From: Flexilinea sp.
Lineage (GTDB): Bacteria > Chloroflexota > Anaerolineae > Anaerolineales > Anaerolineaceae
Assembly: GCA_963643375.1 (NCBI GenBank)
Contig: CAVIKW010000001.1
Span: forward strand, 1 to 61,341
Direction: 5' to 3'
DNA length: 61,341 bases
Each line of letters begins with the position of its first letter. Position 1 is the stretch's first letter. Positions 10,008-19,163 of the stretch are shown piece by piece. The notes under the pieces are model-generated. The model was not told where the DNA came from and did no database searches. It saw nothing but the letters and a program-made list of their open reading frames with translations. Both the position numbers and the translations under genes were made by a program.

Positions 10008-11102
10008 TCAGTCTCCGGACGGCAGCGCGCAGGCCGCGGGATAGTTATACCCGCCGCGCCCGCCGCAGATGGCGGTCTCGGTCAGCTTGCCGCCTTCGGT
10101 CACGGCGTAGAACTGATTCTTGGAAATCTGCATGCGCCATTGCACGTTGAACGTGTCCTGCTGCCAGGGATAGAAGAACTTCCCCGTGAAGACGCGTCCG
10201 CTGCCGGATGTTGTGCCGGTGACAATGACCGGGTCGCCCGCGCTGTCATACCAGAAGCCGATAACGTCCTGTCCGTTCTGGTAGAACCAGGCGTTGGCGG
10301 GGTCCACCCCTTCCGACCGCAGCGGTTCGCGGATCATCCAGCGCCCGCTCCAGTCGAACGAGGCGGTCTGCCCGGCCTCTTCGGTGCTTGCAATTTCGGG
10401 CGTCGGGGTTGGTTCCTCGACTTTGAAATTGATCCAGAACGGCGTGACGATGACTTCGCCGTTCGTGTTGAGCAGTCTGAAATCAATCTCGTAGCTGCCG
10501 GGTTCTTCCGGCGCCTTGAGCATCACCACCAGATCGACTTCCGTGCCGGGCGCGACGTTGTAGGTACGGGTGCCCCAGCCGCCGGGCGTGAAGTCCGGCC
10601 AGTCGTTCGGGCGGGTGAAGATCGCGTTGACCACGGATGGCGTATCCATTTCGTAGTCGGCTTCCAAGATGAGTTTCGTCCCCTCGAGCCAGGTGTCCGC
10701 GCCGCTGTTGGTCATGCGCCAGGACTTGATGAAAATCTGCCCCGGGAGCAGAACCGTGTCATCCGGGATGGTGACGTCGTTGATGTCGGAGATTTCATCC
10801 ACGAGAGAGAAAAGCAGTTCCTCGGTTTTTACGACCTCGAAGGTTGGGGAGTTCTGGATCATGGAAATCGGCGTGGGCGTGGGCGTTTCCGTCGGGGTGG
10901 GCGTCAGCGTAGGCGTGGAAGTCAGGGTCGCGGTTGCTGTCGGGGTCGAGGTGACGAAGACAGGGACGGTGACGGTGGCCTGCGAGAGGAAGTCCGCGGT
11001 GAAATTGACGAGCTTCTGCCGGGCTCTGTTATAGGTGTCGCATCCGCTCAGGCAGAGAACCAAAGCGGTGACGAGCAGAGCAAGGCGGGCGCGTTTCAGC
11101 AT
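10008..11102 (-). CDS. Lipoprotein with Thr/Pro linker and NBR1-like Ig domain
   Basis: Lipobox LSGC and a TP-rich linker, then the DVTIPDDTVLLPGQIFIKSWRMTNSG..W...APG..VDL...LKAP..PG.Y signature. Confidence 0.75.
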   Translation of the reverse strand: MLKRARLALLVTALVLCLSGCDTYNRARQKLVNFTADFLSQATVTVPVFVTSTPTATATLTSTPTLTPTPTETPTPTPISMIQNSPTFEVVKTEELLFSLVDEISDINDVTIPDDTVLLPGQIFIKSWRMTNSGADTWLEGTKLILEADYEMDTPSVVNAIFTRPNDWPDFTPGGWGTRTYNVAPGTEVDLVVMLKAPEEPGSYEIDFRLLNTNGEVIVTPFWINFKVEEPTPTPEIASTEEAGQTASFDWSGRWMIREPLRSEGVDPANAWFYQNGQDVIGFWYDSAGDPVIVTGTTSGSGRVFTGKFFYPWQQDTFNVQWRMQISKNQFYAVTEGGKLTETAICGGRGGYNYPAACALPSGD

Positions 11103-11713
11103 TTCAACAGCTCCTCGGCGGGGATGGCGCCTTCGCGCAGCACCTGCGCGGGTTCGCAGTCGCAGCGGACAACGGATGACGGTACGCCTCCGCGGACCTG
11201 TCCGCCGTCGATGATGAGGTCGAGGCGGTCATACAGTTCGGTGAATTCGGAGATGTTCTTGGCCGGGGGCATGCCGGAGAGGTTTGCGGAGGTCGTCGCC
11301 AGCGGGCCGGTCAGGCGCATGAGATCGCGGGCGAATTCGCAGTCCGGGACGCGTAAGCCGACCAGATCGTTGGAGGTCAGGTCCGCGGGCAGTCCTTCGC
11401 GCTTGGCAATGATGACCGTCAGCGCGCCGGGCCAGTACTTCGCCGCCAGACGCCGGGCCTTCGGCGGGAAGTCTTTCGCGACTTGATCCGCCTGTTCCGC
11501 GTCTCCCAAGAGAACGGCGATGGACTTCATCTGGGAGCGCTCTTTGATCTCATACAGCCGTCCGATGGCGGCGGGATCGTGCACGAGGGCCGCGAATCCG
11601 TAAACGGTGTCGGTCGGAATGGCGGCCACGCCGCCCTTCTTCAAGACTTCCGCGGCGGACTGCAGCGCCTGTTGGTATTCGGTTTCGGTTTCAATTTTCA
11701 GGATCGGTGTCAT
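11096..11713 (-). CDS. tsaC: L-threonylcarbamoyladenylate synthase (YrdC/Sua5 family)
   Basis: PTDTVYG, KxR, WPGALT, GLRVP, TSANLSG and LREGAI motifs. Confidence 0.92.
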   Translation of the reverse strand: MTPILKIETETEYQQALQSAAEVLKKGGVAAIPTDTVYGFAALVHDPAAIGRLYEIKERSQMKSIAVLLGDAEQADQVAKDFPPKARRLAAKYWPGALTVIIAKREGLPADLTSNDLVGLRVPDCEFARDLMRLTGPLATTSANLSGMPPAKNISEFTELYDRLDLIIDGGQVRGGVPSSVVRCDCEPAQVLREGAIPAEELLKC

Positions 11714-11722
11714 ATCCGTTTT

Positions 11723-12559
11723 TTACTCCTCAATGCGCAGCAGCCGGGGCTGCCCGGCGAGATCTCTCAATACACGGATGTCCGCGTTCGGGAAATACGC
11801 CGCGGCGGTTTCCGCTGCCAATTGTTCCTGTCGGTACTCAATTTCGCAGAGCAGCAGGCTGCCGGGCTGTATTCTCGGCGCCAGGTCCGCGAAGAGCCGG
11901 CGGTAAAGCGCGAATCCGTCCGCCCCGCCGTCCAGTGCGGAGAGGGGCTCGAAGCGGGCCGCCTCCAGACCTTCGCAGGTCTCCGAAGGAATATACGGCA
12001 GATTCGCGCAGATCAGCGCCGAACCGCCGCGGAGCGCGGAGGCGAGATCCCCGAGGACCGGGGAGAAGCGCTCCCCGCAGCCCAATTCGCGGGCATTCAT
12101 GACGGCCGTCTTCAGCGCCTCACGGGAACGGTCCACAGCCGTCATGCGCAGATCGGGACGGTCGAGCAGCAGCGAAACAGCGATGCAGCCGGAGCCGGTG
12201 CCGATATCGTATCCCATCCGAATCTCCGGGTGCCGTTTCAGCCAGGCGGACGCTTCCTCCACGAGGAGTTCCGTCTCGGGGCGCGGGATGAGGACCGCCG
12301 GGTTCACGCGGAACATGTGACCGTAGAATCCCCATTCGCCGAGGAGGTACGGCAGCGGCGTCCCTTGTGAACGCCGGGCGGTAAGCTCCGCGAGCGCGGC
12401 GGACTGCTCCGCTGACAGCTCGCGTTCCGGGTGGGTCAGCAGCACGGAGCGGGAAACACCGGCCGCCTTCTCAACGAGCACCCGGGCCTCGAGCGGCGCT
12501 TCATCCGTCACGGATTCAAGCGCGGACCGCGTCTGCCGCAGCGCTTCGGATAGGTTCAC
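11723..12559 (-). CDS. prmC: Release factor glutamine methyltransferase
   Basis: VLIPRPETE, DIGTGSGCIA, NLPYI and ALDGGADG motifs. Directly downstream of prfA. Confidence 0.95.
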   Translation of the reverse strand: MNLSEALRQTRSALESVTDEAPLEARVLVEKAAGVSRSVLLTHPERELSAEQSAALAELTARRSQGTPLPYLLGEWGFYGHMFRVNPAVLIPRPETELLVEEASAWLKRHPEIRMGYDIGTGSGCIAVSLLLDRPDLRMTAVDRSREALKTAVMNARELGCGERFSPVLGDLASALRGGSALICANLPYIPSETCEGLEAARFEPLSALDGGADGFALYRRLFADLAPRIQPGSLLLCEIEYRQEQLAAETAAAYFPNADIRVLRDLAGQPRLLRIEE

Positions 12560-12563
12560 GGAA

Positions 12564-13628
12564 TTACTCCGATTGGGCGAGGCTGAGGCGTTCCGCCTCG
12601 TCGCGGAGGATCAGTTCGTCAATGAAGACATCCAAGTCGCCGTTCATGACCCCCGCCAGGTTGAAAGAAGAGACGTTGATGCGGTGGTCGGTGACGCGGG
12701 ACTGCGGATAGTTGTAGGTGCGGATCTTTTCCGAACGGTCGCCGGAGCCGATCATGGAGCGGCGGGTGGCATCCAATTCCTGCTGGCGCTTCTGCTGTTC
12801 CATATCGTAGAGGCGGGCGCGGAGGATGGACATGGCGCGGACCTTGTTCTGCAGCTGGGAACGCTCATCCTGGCAGGTGATGACCATACCGGTCGGGATG
12901 TGGATGAGTCGGACAGCGGTGGAGTTCTTCTGAACGTTCTGACCGCCCGCGCCCGCGGATTTATAGACTTCGATGCGGATGTCGGTTTCCGGAATCTGAA
13001 TGTCGACGTCTTCCACTTCCGCGAGGACCGCGACGGTCACGGCGGAGGTCTGGATGCGGCCCTGCGATTCGGTGACCGGGACGCGCTGCACGCGGTGGGT
13101 GCCGGACTCGAACTTCAGGCGGGAGAAAGCGCCCTTCCCCTTGACGATGAAGGTGATTTCCTTGTAACCGCCGACGCCGATTTCATTTTCCTTGATGATT
13201 TCAATGTGCCAGCGTCGGTTTTCGGCGTAGTGGGAGTACATGCGGAAGAGGTCCGCGGCAAAGATCGCGGCTTCGTCGCCGCCGGTGCCGGCGCGGATTT
13301 CGACGATGACGTTTTTAGAGTCGCGGGGATCCTTCGGGATCAGCAGACTGCGGATCTCCGTCTCGAGTCCCTCAATGCGCGGCTTCAGTTCTTCAATTTC
13401 CATATCCGCGAGCTCGGCCATTTCCTTGTCGGGGCCGCCCTGCAGGGCTTTCGCGTCCTCAAGCTGAGACAGCGCGGTTTTGTATTCACGCCCTTTTTGA
13501 ACGACCTCCTCAATGTCGGAGCGTTCTTTCATGAGTTCATTGACTTTCGCGTAATCGTCCACATTCTGTTCGATCAGCTGATTGATCTCGTTATACCGGG
13601 CTTCAATTGCGTTAATTTTCTCGAGCAT
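12564..13628 (-). CDS. prfA: Peptide chain release factor 1
   Basis: EIRAGTGGDEA, RVQRVPVTE (PxT), GAGGQ and RTYNYPQSRVTDHRI motifs. Confidence 0.97.
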   Translation of the reverse strand: MLEKINAIEARYNEINQLIEQNVDDYAKVNELMKERSDIEEVVQKGREYKTALSQLEDAKALQGGPDKEMAELADMEIEELKPRIEGLETEIRSLLIPKDPRDSKNVIVEIRAGTGGDEAAIFAADLFRMYSHYAENRRWHIEIIKENEIGVGGYKEITFIVKGKGAFSRLKFESGTHRVQRVPVTESQGRIQTSAVTVAVLAEVEDVDIQIPETDIRIEVYKSAGAGGQNVQKNSTAVRLIHIPTGMVITCQDERSQLQNKVRAMSILRARLYDMEQQKRQQELDATRRSMIGSGDRSEKIRTYNYPQSRVTDHRINVSSFNLAGVMNGDLDVFIDELILRDEAERLSLAQSE

Positions 13629-13785
13629 AATACATCCATTCGGTAAAAGGTTTTTTTCTTAAGTTTCTATTATAGCACAGGTGAGGTGAAGTTCGTAACT
13701 GTTTCCCCGAAACGAGGAACGCCGGCTTTATAATTACGTAGTGTTTTATATGGGGTTATTGAGAATTCCCATGAAAGGAAATCTG

Positions 13786-16700
13786 ATGAAAAAACTGACT
13801 GTTTTGTCTGTACTCCTCGCGGTCCTGATGACGGTTCTTTCCGTCAACGCGGGCGCGCCGACCGAGTACGCGATCCCCGAAGTCGGGACTGAAATCAACG
13901 GTTTCGTCGTGACCGACGTCTACGAGATGGAATCCATGGATGCCACCGCCGTGACGTTCGAACACGAGAAGACCGGCGCGGCGCTGATTTGGTTCGCCAA
14001 TGACAGCACTTACCGTTCCTATCGCATTACTTTCCGCACCCCGGTTTACAACGACACGGGTCTCGCGCATGTCTTCGAGCACGCCTCCCTTGGCGGCTCC
14101 GAGAAATACCCGGGTTCCAACCTGCTCTTCGAAATTATGAACAAGACCGGCAGCCTTTATCTGAACGCACTGACCTTCCAGGCGGTGACCCAGTACCCGA
14201 TGGCCTCCACTTCCGAAGAGCAGCTGAAGGTCTATGTTGACTACTACATGAACGGCGTTTTCAACCCGCTCGTCGTCAATGACAAGCACGCCATGATGCG
14301 CGAAGCCTACCGCTATCAGCTCGAAGACGCCGATTCCGAGATCACCCTCGGCGGTATCGTCTACAGTGAAATGCTCGGCGCCCTCAACATCGAAAGTTGG
14401 GCCGGCACCAACCTGACCAGAATGTTCTACGACGGCAGCTACGGCGCGATCATCTCCGGCGGCGATCCCGAATACATTCCGGATATGACTCTGGAAGACA
14501 TTCAGAACTTCCATGAGACCTATTATCATCCGTCCAACTCCCTGTCCGTCCTGACCGGCGATATCTACCTGCCGGACTTCCTCGCTCAGATTGACGGCGA
14601 CTTCTTCTCCAAGTATGAGAAGCGCGGCATCGAGATCGTGGATGACAAATACACCGAACCCGAAGAAGGTTTCGTTTCCAAAACCTTTGAATATCCGGTT
14701 GAGAACGGCGCTTCCTCCGAGAACGCCGGCGTCATCATCTATTCCTTCAAGGTCCCCGGCAGTACGATGGACGACACGGCGATGGGCAACTACCTTTGCA
14801 GTTATCTCAGCAACAGCGCCTCCCCGTTCGGCCGCTTGATGGAAGAACGCATGCCGACAGCCGTCTACTATGTCACAAGCCATGACTTCCTGCCCTCCGA
14901 CGTCATTTCCTTCGTCGCGATCAATGTCAACGCCGAAGACGCCGACACCTTCAAGGGTGTTGTGGATGAAGCCATTGCCGACCTGCTCAAGAACGGTGCC
15001 GACGAGGAAATCCTGAAATCCTTCATCGTCAGCAACCAGTTCTCCACCCTGCTCTCTCAGGACAGTCCGGACCTCTATTTCAACAACGGCCTGATTGTCT
15101 CTTATTACTGGGGTGAGCAGAACGGCGACACGGAAGCTTGGAAGACCGCCGATCATTTCGACGCTCATATCAGCGAAATCGTCACCAAAGAGTCTGTTGA
15201 CGCGAAGCTGAAGGAATGGTTCTCCGACGTCAAGGTCTCCAGAATGGCGATCACCATGCCGGTTCCGGGCCTGAAGGAAGAGAAGGACGCCGCGCTGAAG
15301 CAGAAGCTTGCCGACAAGAAGGCCGCGATGTCCGAAGACGAGATCAACGAACTGATTGCCGAGACCAAGGAATTCAACGAATGGCAGGCCGCCAACTCCG
15401 AGATCACCATGGATCCGTCCATGAATGTTCTGACCGTCGATACCCTGCCGGAAGAATATCCCTCCGCTGAAGTGACCGAGACCACCCTTGACGGCGCGCG
15501 TCTCATCACCGGTGAGCTGGACTCCGACCTGGTTTACGTCAATGTCATCACCGACGCCTCCAATGTTCCGTATGAAATGCTGACCGCTTACAGCTTCATG
15601 TCGAACGAACTCGGCGCCCTCGGTACCGAGAAATACGATAAAGCCGACCTGCCGGCCGCGATGGCCTCTGTGGCTTACTCCATGAGCATGGGCGCCGACA
15701 CCCTCGAATATGACGACGGCACTTATGACCCGGTCTTCTCTGTCAAATGGTACGCCCTCGGCGAAACGCTTGAAGGCAGCTTCGACATGGCGAGCGAGAT
15801 CCTCTTCAACACGAAGTTCAGCAATCACGAAGACCTCCGCAATGACGCCGCGATGAACGCTTCCTCTTATCCGATTATGGCGGAAAACTACGGCATTATG
15901 TTCGCTCAGGAACTCGCGAGTTCGCTTTATTATCCCAACACCCGTTATACCAAGCTGCTCTCCGATGAGAATTATCTCAACTACCTCAATCAGGTCAGTC
16001 AGATGAGCGACGAGGAGCTCTCCGCTGTGGAATCCGACATGGAGAACATCCGCTCCATGGTTCTCAACAAGCGCGACCCGATCATCGTCATCCTCGGCAA
16101 CAGCGAGAATGTCGCGAAGGCAACCGAGCTTGCGGCCAAGTTCCTGAATCAGTACGGCAGCGACGAGGCGGAGTCCGTCAACTATGACGAAAAGATTCCC
16201 GCGACCGATCCGCATACCGCTATCGCGACCACCGACAGTGTTGTCTATAACATTGCCTCCGCGAAGCTTTCCGACGCCGGGTTTGAACGCAGCGGCAAGC
16301 TGCTGGTCATGAACAGCCTGATCAGCGATAAGATTCTGCTGCCGGAACTCCGCTTCAACCGCAGTGCTTACGGCGCTTACGCCGCGAGCCTCGGCAAAGA
16401 CGCGGTCTTCATGTATACTTACCGCGATCCGAACCTGCGCACGACCTTCGACGTTTACGCCACTGTCGGCGGCACGCTGCGCGGTTACGCCGAGACCCTG
16501 ACCGCCGAAGATATCGAGGGCTACATCATCTCCAAATACGGCGATCTGACCTCCCCTCTCGGACCGATCTCGCAGATGCAGGAAGCTGTCAGCGATCAGA
16601 TCCTCGGCTTTGACACTGCCGCGTATACCATTCAGCAGATCAAGGACATCAAGGACTTCAAGGTCGAAGATATCGCTTACTACGCCCCGCTGTACGAAGC

Positions 16701-17277
16701 CATGACCACCGCGGACGCCCCGCGCATCACCGTCGGCGCCAAGTCCATGGTTGAGGAAGCCTCCGACCTGTATTCCACCATCATCTATGATTACATGGGT
16801 ACCGGCACCTCCTCAAGCTCCTCCATCGAGATCATGGATATCCTCAAGGATATGTCCAAGGAAGAACTCCGCGAGATGTTCGCCTCCATGGATAAGCAGG
16901 ACCTCGCTTCCATCATGTCCTATGTGATGGACTGCTTCACCGACGAGAACGGCAACGTCGACATGGTTCAGGTGCTCTCCTTCTTCAATGAGGCGAAGAA
17001 CGCCGGCTGGACCGAAGAACAGATCCTCGCCGCGTCCGAATACCTCGAAGAGACTTCCGCCGAGGCCGAAGCTGCCGAGGCTGTTCCCGCGGAGCTGGGG
17101 TTCACGATTGACTCCCTCTTCGATGATCTCTTCAGCAGCAGTGAGGAAATGCAGAGCCTGTATGACTACGTCGAAGCCGGCGAATACGAAGCCGCCGCCG
17201 CGCTCCTGAGCGATGAGACTGCCTTCAACGCGGTGCTTGAAGGCCTGCTCGAATCCTACCTCTATTGGTTCAACTAA
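13786..17277 (+). CDS. M16C (insulinase/presequence protease-like) zinc metallopeptidase with signal peptide
   Basis: HVFEH inverted zincin motif, LNALT, VYSEM, YYHPSN, AYGA and YRDPN motifs. N-terminus MKKLTVLSVLLAVLMTVLSVNA; SD-like aaagga before ATG 13786. Confidence 0.88.
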   Translation: MKKLTVLSVLLAVLMTVLSVNAGAPTEYAIPEVGTEINGFVVTDVYEMESMDATAVTFEHEKTGAALIWFANDSTYRSYRITFRTPVYNDTGLAHVFEHASLGGSEKYPGSNLLFEIMNKTGSLYLNALTFQAVTQYPMASTSEEQLKVYVDYYMNGVFNPLVVNDKHAMMREAYRYQLEDADSEITLGGIVYSEMLGALNIESWAGTNLTRMFYDGSYGAIISGGDPEYIPDMTLEDIQNFHETYYHPSNSLSVLTGDIYLPDFLAQIDGDFFSKYEKRGIEIVDDKYTEPEEGFVSKTFEYPVENGASSENAGVIIYSFKVPGSTMDDTAMGNYLCSYLSNSASPFGRLMEERMPTAVYYVTSHDFLPSDVISFVAINVNAEDADTFKGVVDEAIADLLKNGADEEILKSFIVSNQFSTLLSQDSPDLYFNNGLIVSYYWGEQNGDTEAWKTADHFDAHISEIVTKESVDAKLKEWFSDVKVSRMAITMPVPGLKEEKDAALKQKLADKKAAMSEDEINELIAETKEFNEWQAANSEITMDPSMNVLTVDTLPEEYPSAEVTETTLDGARLITGELDSDLVYVNVITDASNVPYEMLTAYSFMSNELGALGTEKYDKADLPAAMASVAYSMSMGADTLEYDDGTYDPVFSVKWYALGETLEGSFDMASEILFNTKFSNHEDLRNDAAMNASSYPIMAENYGIMFAQELASSLYYPNTRYTKLLSDENYLNYLNQVSQMSDEELSAVESDMENIRSMVLNKRDPIIVILGNSENVAKATELAAKFLNQYGSDEAESVNYDEKIPATDPHTAIATTDSVVYNIASAKLSDAGFERSGKLLVMNSLISDKILLPELRFNRSAYGAYAASLGKDAVFMYTYRDPNLRTTFDVYATVGGTLRGYAETLTAEDIEGYIISKYGDLTSPLGPISQMQEAVSDQILGFDTAAYTIQQIKDIKDFKVEDIAYYAPLYEAMTTADAPRITVGAKSMVEEASDLYSTIIYDYMGTGTSSSSSIEIMDILKDMSKEELREMFASMDKQDLASIMSYVMDCFTDENGNVDMVQVLSFFNEAKNAGWTEEQILAASEYLEETSAEAEAAEAVPAELGFTIDSLFDDLFSSSEEMQSLYDYVEAGEYEAAAALLSDETAFNAVLEGLLESYLYWFN

Positions 17278-17289
17278 ACGATTAACACC

Positions 17290-17328
17290 AAACAGCCCGG
17301 AAGTTCAACGCTTCCGGGCTGTTTTTTT
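17290..17328. terminator. Intrinsic terminator
   Basis: aaacagcccggaag/cttccgggctgttttttt hairpin between convergent genes. Confidence 0.8.
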
Positions 17329-17339
17329 ATTTACTTGCT

Positions 17340-18140
17340 TCAGATCAAACCGTAATGCCGCAGGGCAGCCGCGATCCCGCCCTCTTCAGGCTTCAGGGTG
17401 ACGTAATCCGCAGCCGCGCGGACGTCTTCGCCCGCGATGCCCATGGCAACGCCGATTCCCGCCGTTTTCAGCATGGCGATGTCATTCTCCCCGTCGCCGA
17501 AGGCCATTGTCTGCTCGATGGTGATGCCCAGGTAATCGCAGACTTCGCGGATGCCGGTATCCTTGCCGACACCTTCGGGAATGAGGTCCACCAGCGGCCC
17601 TTTGGAATGGGTCACGAAGGTGTGCTTCATCACCGGCTCCAGGTATTTCAATTCGTCTTCCGGCGTGATGTAAACGCAGGCCTTGATGATGTGCGTGCGG
17701 TCCGGCTCGATCGGGCGCACATCCGGGACGCGGATGCCGACCACCGCGTTGAATTCCTTCACGAGGTCCGTGGCTTCGGTGATGTAGGTTTCGTTGTCCA
17801 CTGTGTAATAAAGCGCGTAATGCCGTTCCGCGCAGACATCGCGGATGGCGACGAAGTCGTCCACGTCCAGCGGGTGTTCCGTGATCATCGTGCCGTCGGT
17901 GAGGAAGCATTGCTGACCGTTCGAGTTGACGAAGCCGTCGAAAACGTGCGCAAACGGCTCAAATGATTTGGACTCCGCCGGTACGGTGACTTCCCGTCCC
18001 GTAGCGATGAAGAGACGATAACCCTGTTCACGGAGCTTAGTCAGCGCCGCCAGATCGTCCGGATGAATGGTGTGGTCATTGTAGTTGATCAGCGTTCCAT
18101 CCACGTCGAAGAACAGCGCTTTAATATCCGGTTTTTCCAT
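17340..18140 (-). CDS. Cof-type HAD-IIB hydrolase
   Basis: FFDVDGTL, IATGR, K and AFGDGENDIAML motifs. True start is MEKPDIK (ATG at 18140), not the long ORF-track start. Confidence 0.9.
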   Translation of the reverse strand: MEKPDIKALFFDVDGTLINYNDHTIHPDDLAALTKLREQGYRLFIATGREVTVPAESKSFEPFAHVFDGFVNSNGQQCFLTDGTMITEHPLDVDDFVAIRDVCAERHYALYYTVDNETYITEATDLVKEFNAVVGIRVPDVRPIEPDRTHIIKACVYITPEDELKYLEPVMKHTFVTHSKGPLVDLIPEGVGKDTGIREVCDYLGITIEQTMAFGDGENDIAMLKTAGIGVAMGIAGEDVRAAADYVTLKPEEGGIAAALRHYGLI

Positions 18141-18257
18141 GGTGTTTCTCGAATTCCTGTCGTGTGTTATGATATATAGTGAAATCGGCAATGAACGTTC
18201 ATTGTCCGAATGAATTTTAACCGAAAATGGCGTTAAACGACGAAAGAGAGGAAGCAT

Positions 18258-18842
18258 ATGAAAGGCAGATTGACATTGATCGGGCACGCGTCCCTGAAGA
18301 TCCACACCCCCTCGGATATCGTGATTTACATTGACCCGTATTATGAAGGGGATTACTCCGAACCCGCGGATATCATCCTCTCGACCCACGAACACCATGA
18401 CCACAACGCGGTTGACCTTCCCGCGCGGAAAGCGGACTGCGTCGTGCTCCGTGTCGCGGATACGCTGAACCCCGACCTGACGTATAACAACTTCGAGATC
18501 AAGGGCGTGAAGATCGAACCGGTCATCGGCGGCGGGAACAAGAACCACCACCCCGACAATATGAACGGCTACATCCTCACCTTCGACGGCATCACCGTCT
18601 ACCACGCCGGCGACACCGCGAAGATCCCGGAACTCGCGTCCCTTGCCGGGCGGAAGATCGACTACGCCTTCTACCCTATTGACGGCGTCTATACCATGCC
18701 TCCCGAAGAAGCCGCGGAGCTCGCGGACATGATCGGCGCGAAGCACAGCATCCCGATGCACTTCTTCGACGCCGATCCCATGAAGTTCACGGCGAAGAAC
18801 CTCCTCCGCATGCAGTACGGCGAGACGATTGAGATCGGGTGA
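18258..18842 (+). CDS. MBL-fold metallo-hydrolase
   Basis: GHAS, YIDPY, THEHHDH, YHAGDT and IPMH motifs. SD gagg upstream. Confidence 0.88.
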   Translation: MKGRLTLIGHASLKIHTPSDIVIYIDPYYEGDYSEPADIILSTHEHHDHNAVDLPARKADCVVLRVADTLNPDLTYNNFEIKGVKIEPVIGGGNKNHHPDNMNGYILTFDGITVYHAGDTAKIPELASLAGRKIDYAFYPIDGVYTMPPEEAAELADMIGAKHSIPMHFFDADPMKFTAKNLLRMQYGETIEIG

Positions 18843-18879
18843 GGGGCGCTGAAACAGTAATACTTACAGGCGTAAATTG

Positions 18880-19083
18880 ATGAAAACATTGGAAGAATGT
18901 CTTTCGCGGTCTTACCGTATGGATATTACGGAAGACCGCGATGAAGGCGGCTGGGTGGTTTCCTTTCCGGAACTTCCCGGCTGTCTGACCTGCGGCGAAA
19001 CGGTTGAATCCGCTCTCGCAAACGCCGAGGACGCGAAACGTGAATGGATCGCGGCGGCATTGGAAGAAGGATTCGCTTTTTGA
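18880..19083 (+). CDS. hicB: HicB-family antitoxin N-terminal domain (short, orphan)
   Basis: EDRDEGGWVVSFPELPGCLTCGETVESALANAEDA is the HicB partial RNase H fold. 67 aa with no C-terminal DNA-binding domain. Confidence 0.8.
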   Translation: MKTLEECLSRSYRMDITEDRDEGGWVVSFPELPGCLTCGETVESALANAEDAKREWIAAALEEGFAF

Positions 19084-19087
19084 GATT

Positions 19088-19115
19088 GAGGGAGCACGGC
19101 ACTCCCTCTTTTTTT
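19088..19115 (+). terminator. Intrinsic terminator after hicB
   Basis: gagggag-cacggca-ctccctc followed by T7. Confidence 0.75.
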
Positions 19116-19163
19116 GTCCTGTTTTTCGGAATCCGACCCGTGGACGGCTGTATAATATCCCCC

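Noticed and set aside
18141..18761. N-terminal extension of the HAD hydrolase (473-aa ORF)
   Set aside because: It is antisense to the MBL hydrolase gene. HAD motif I begins right after ATG 18140.
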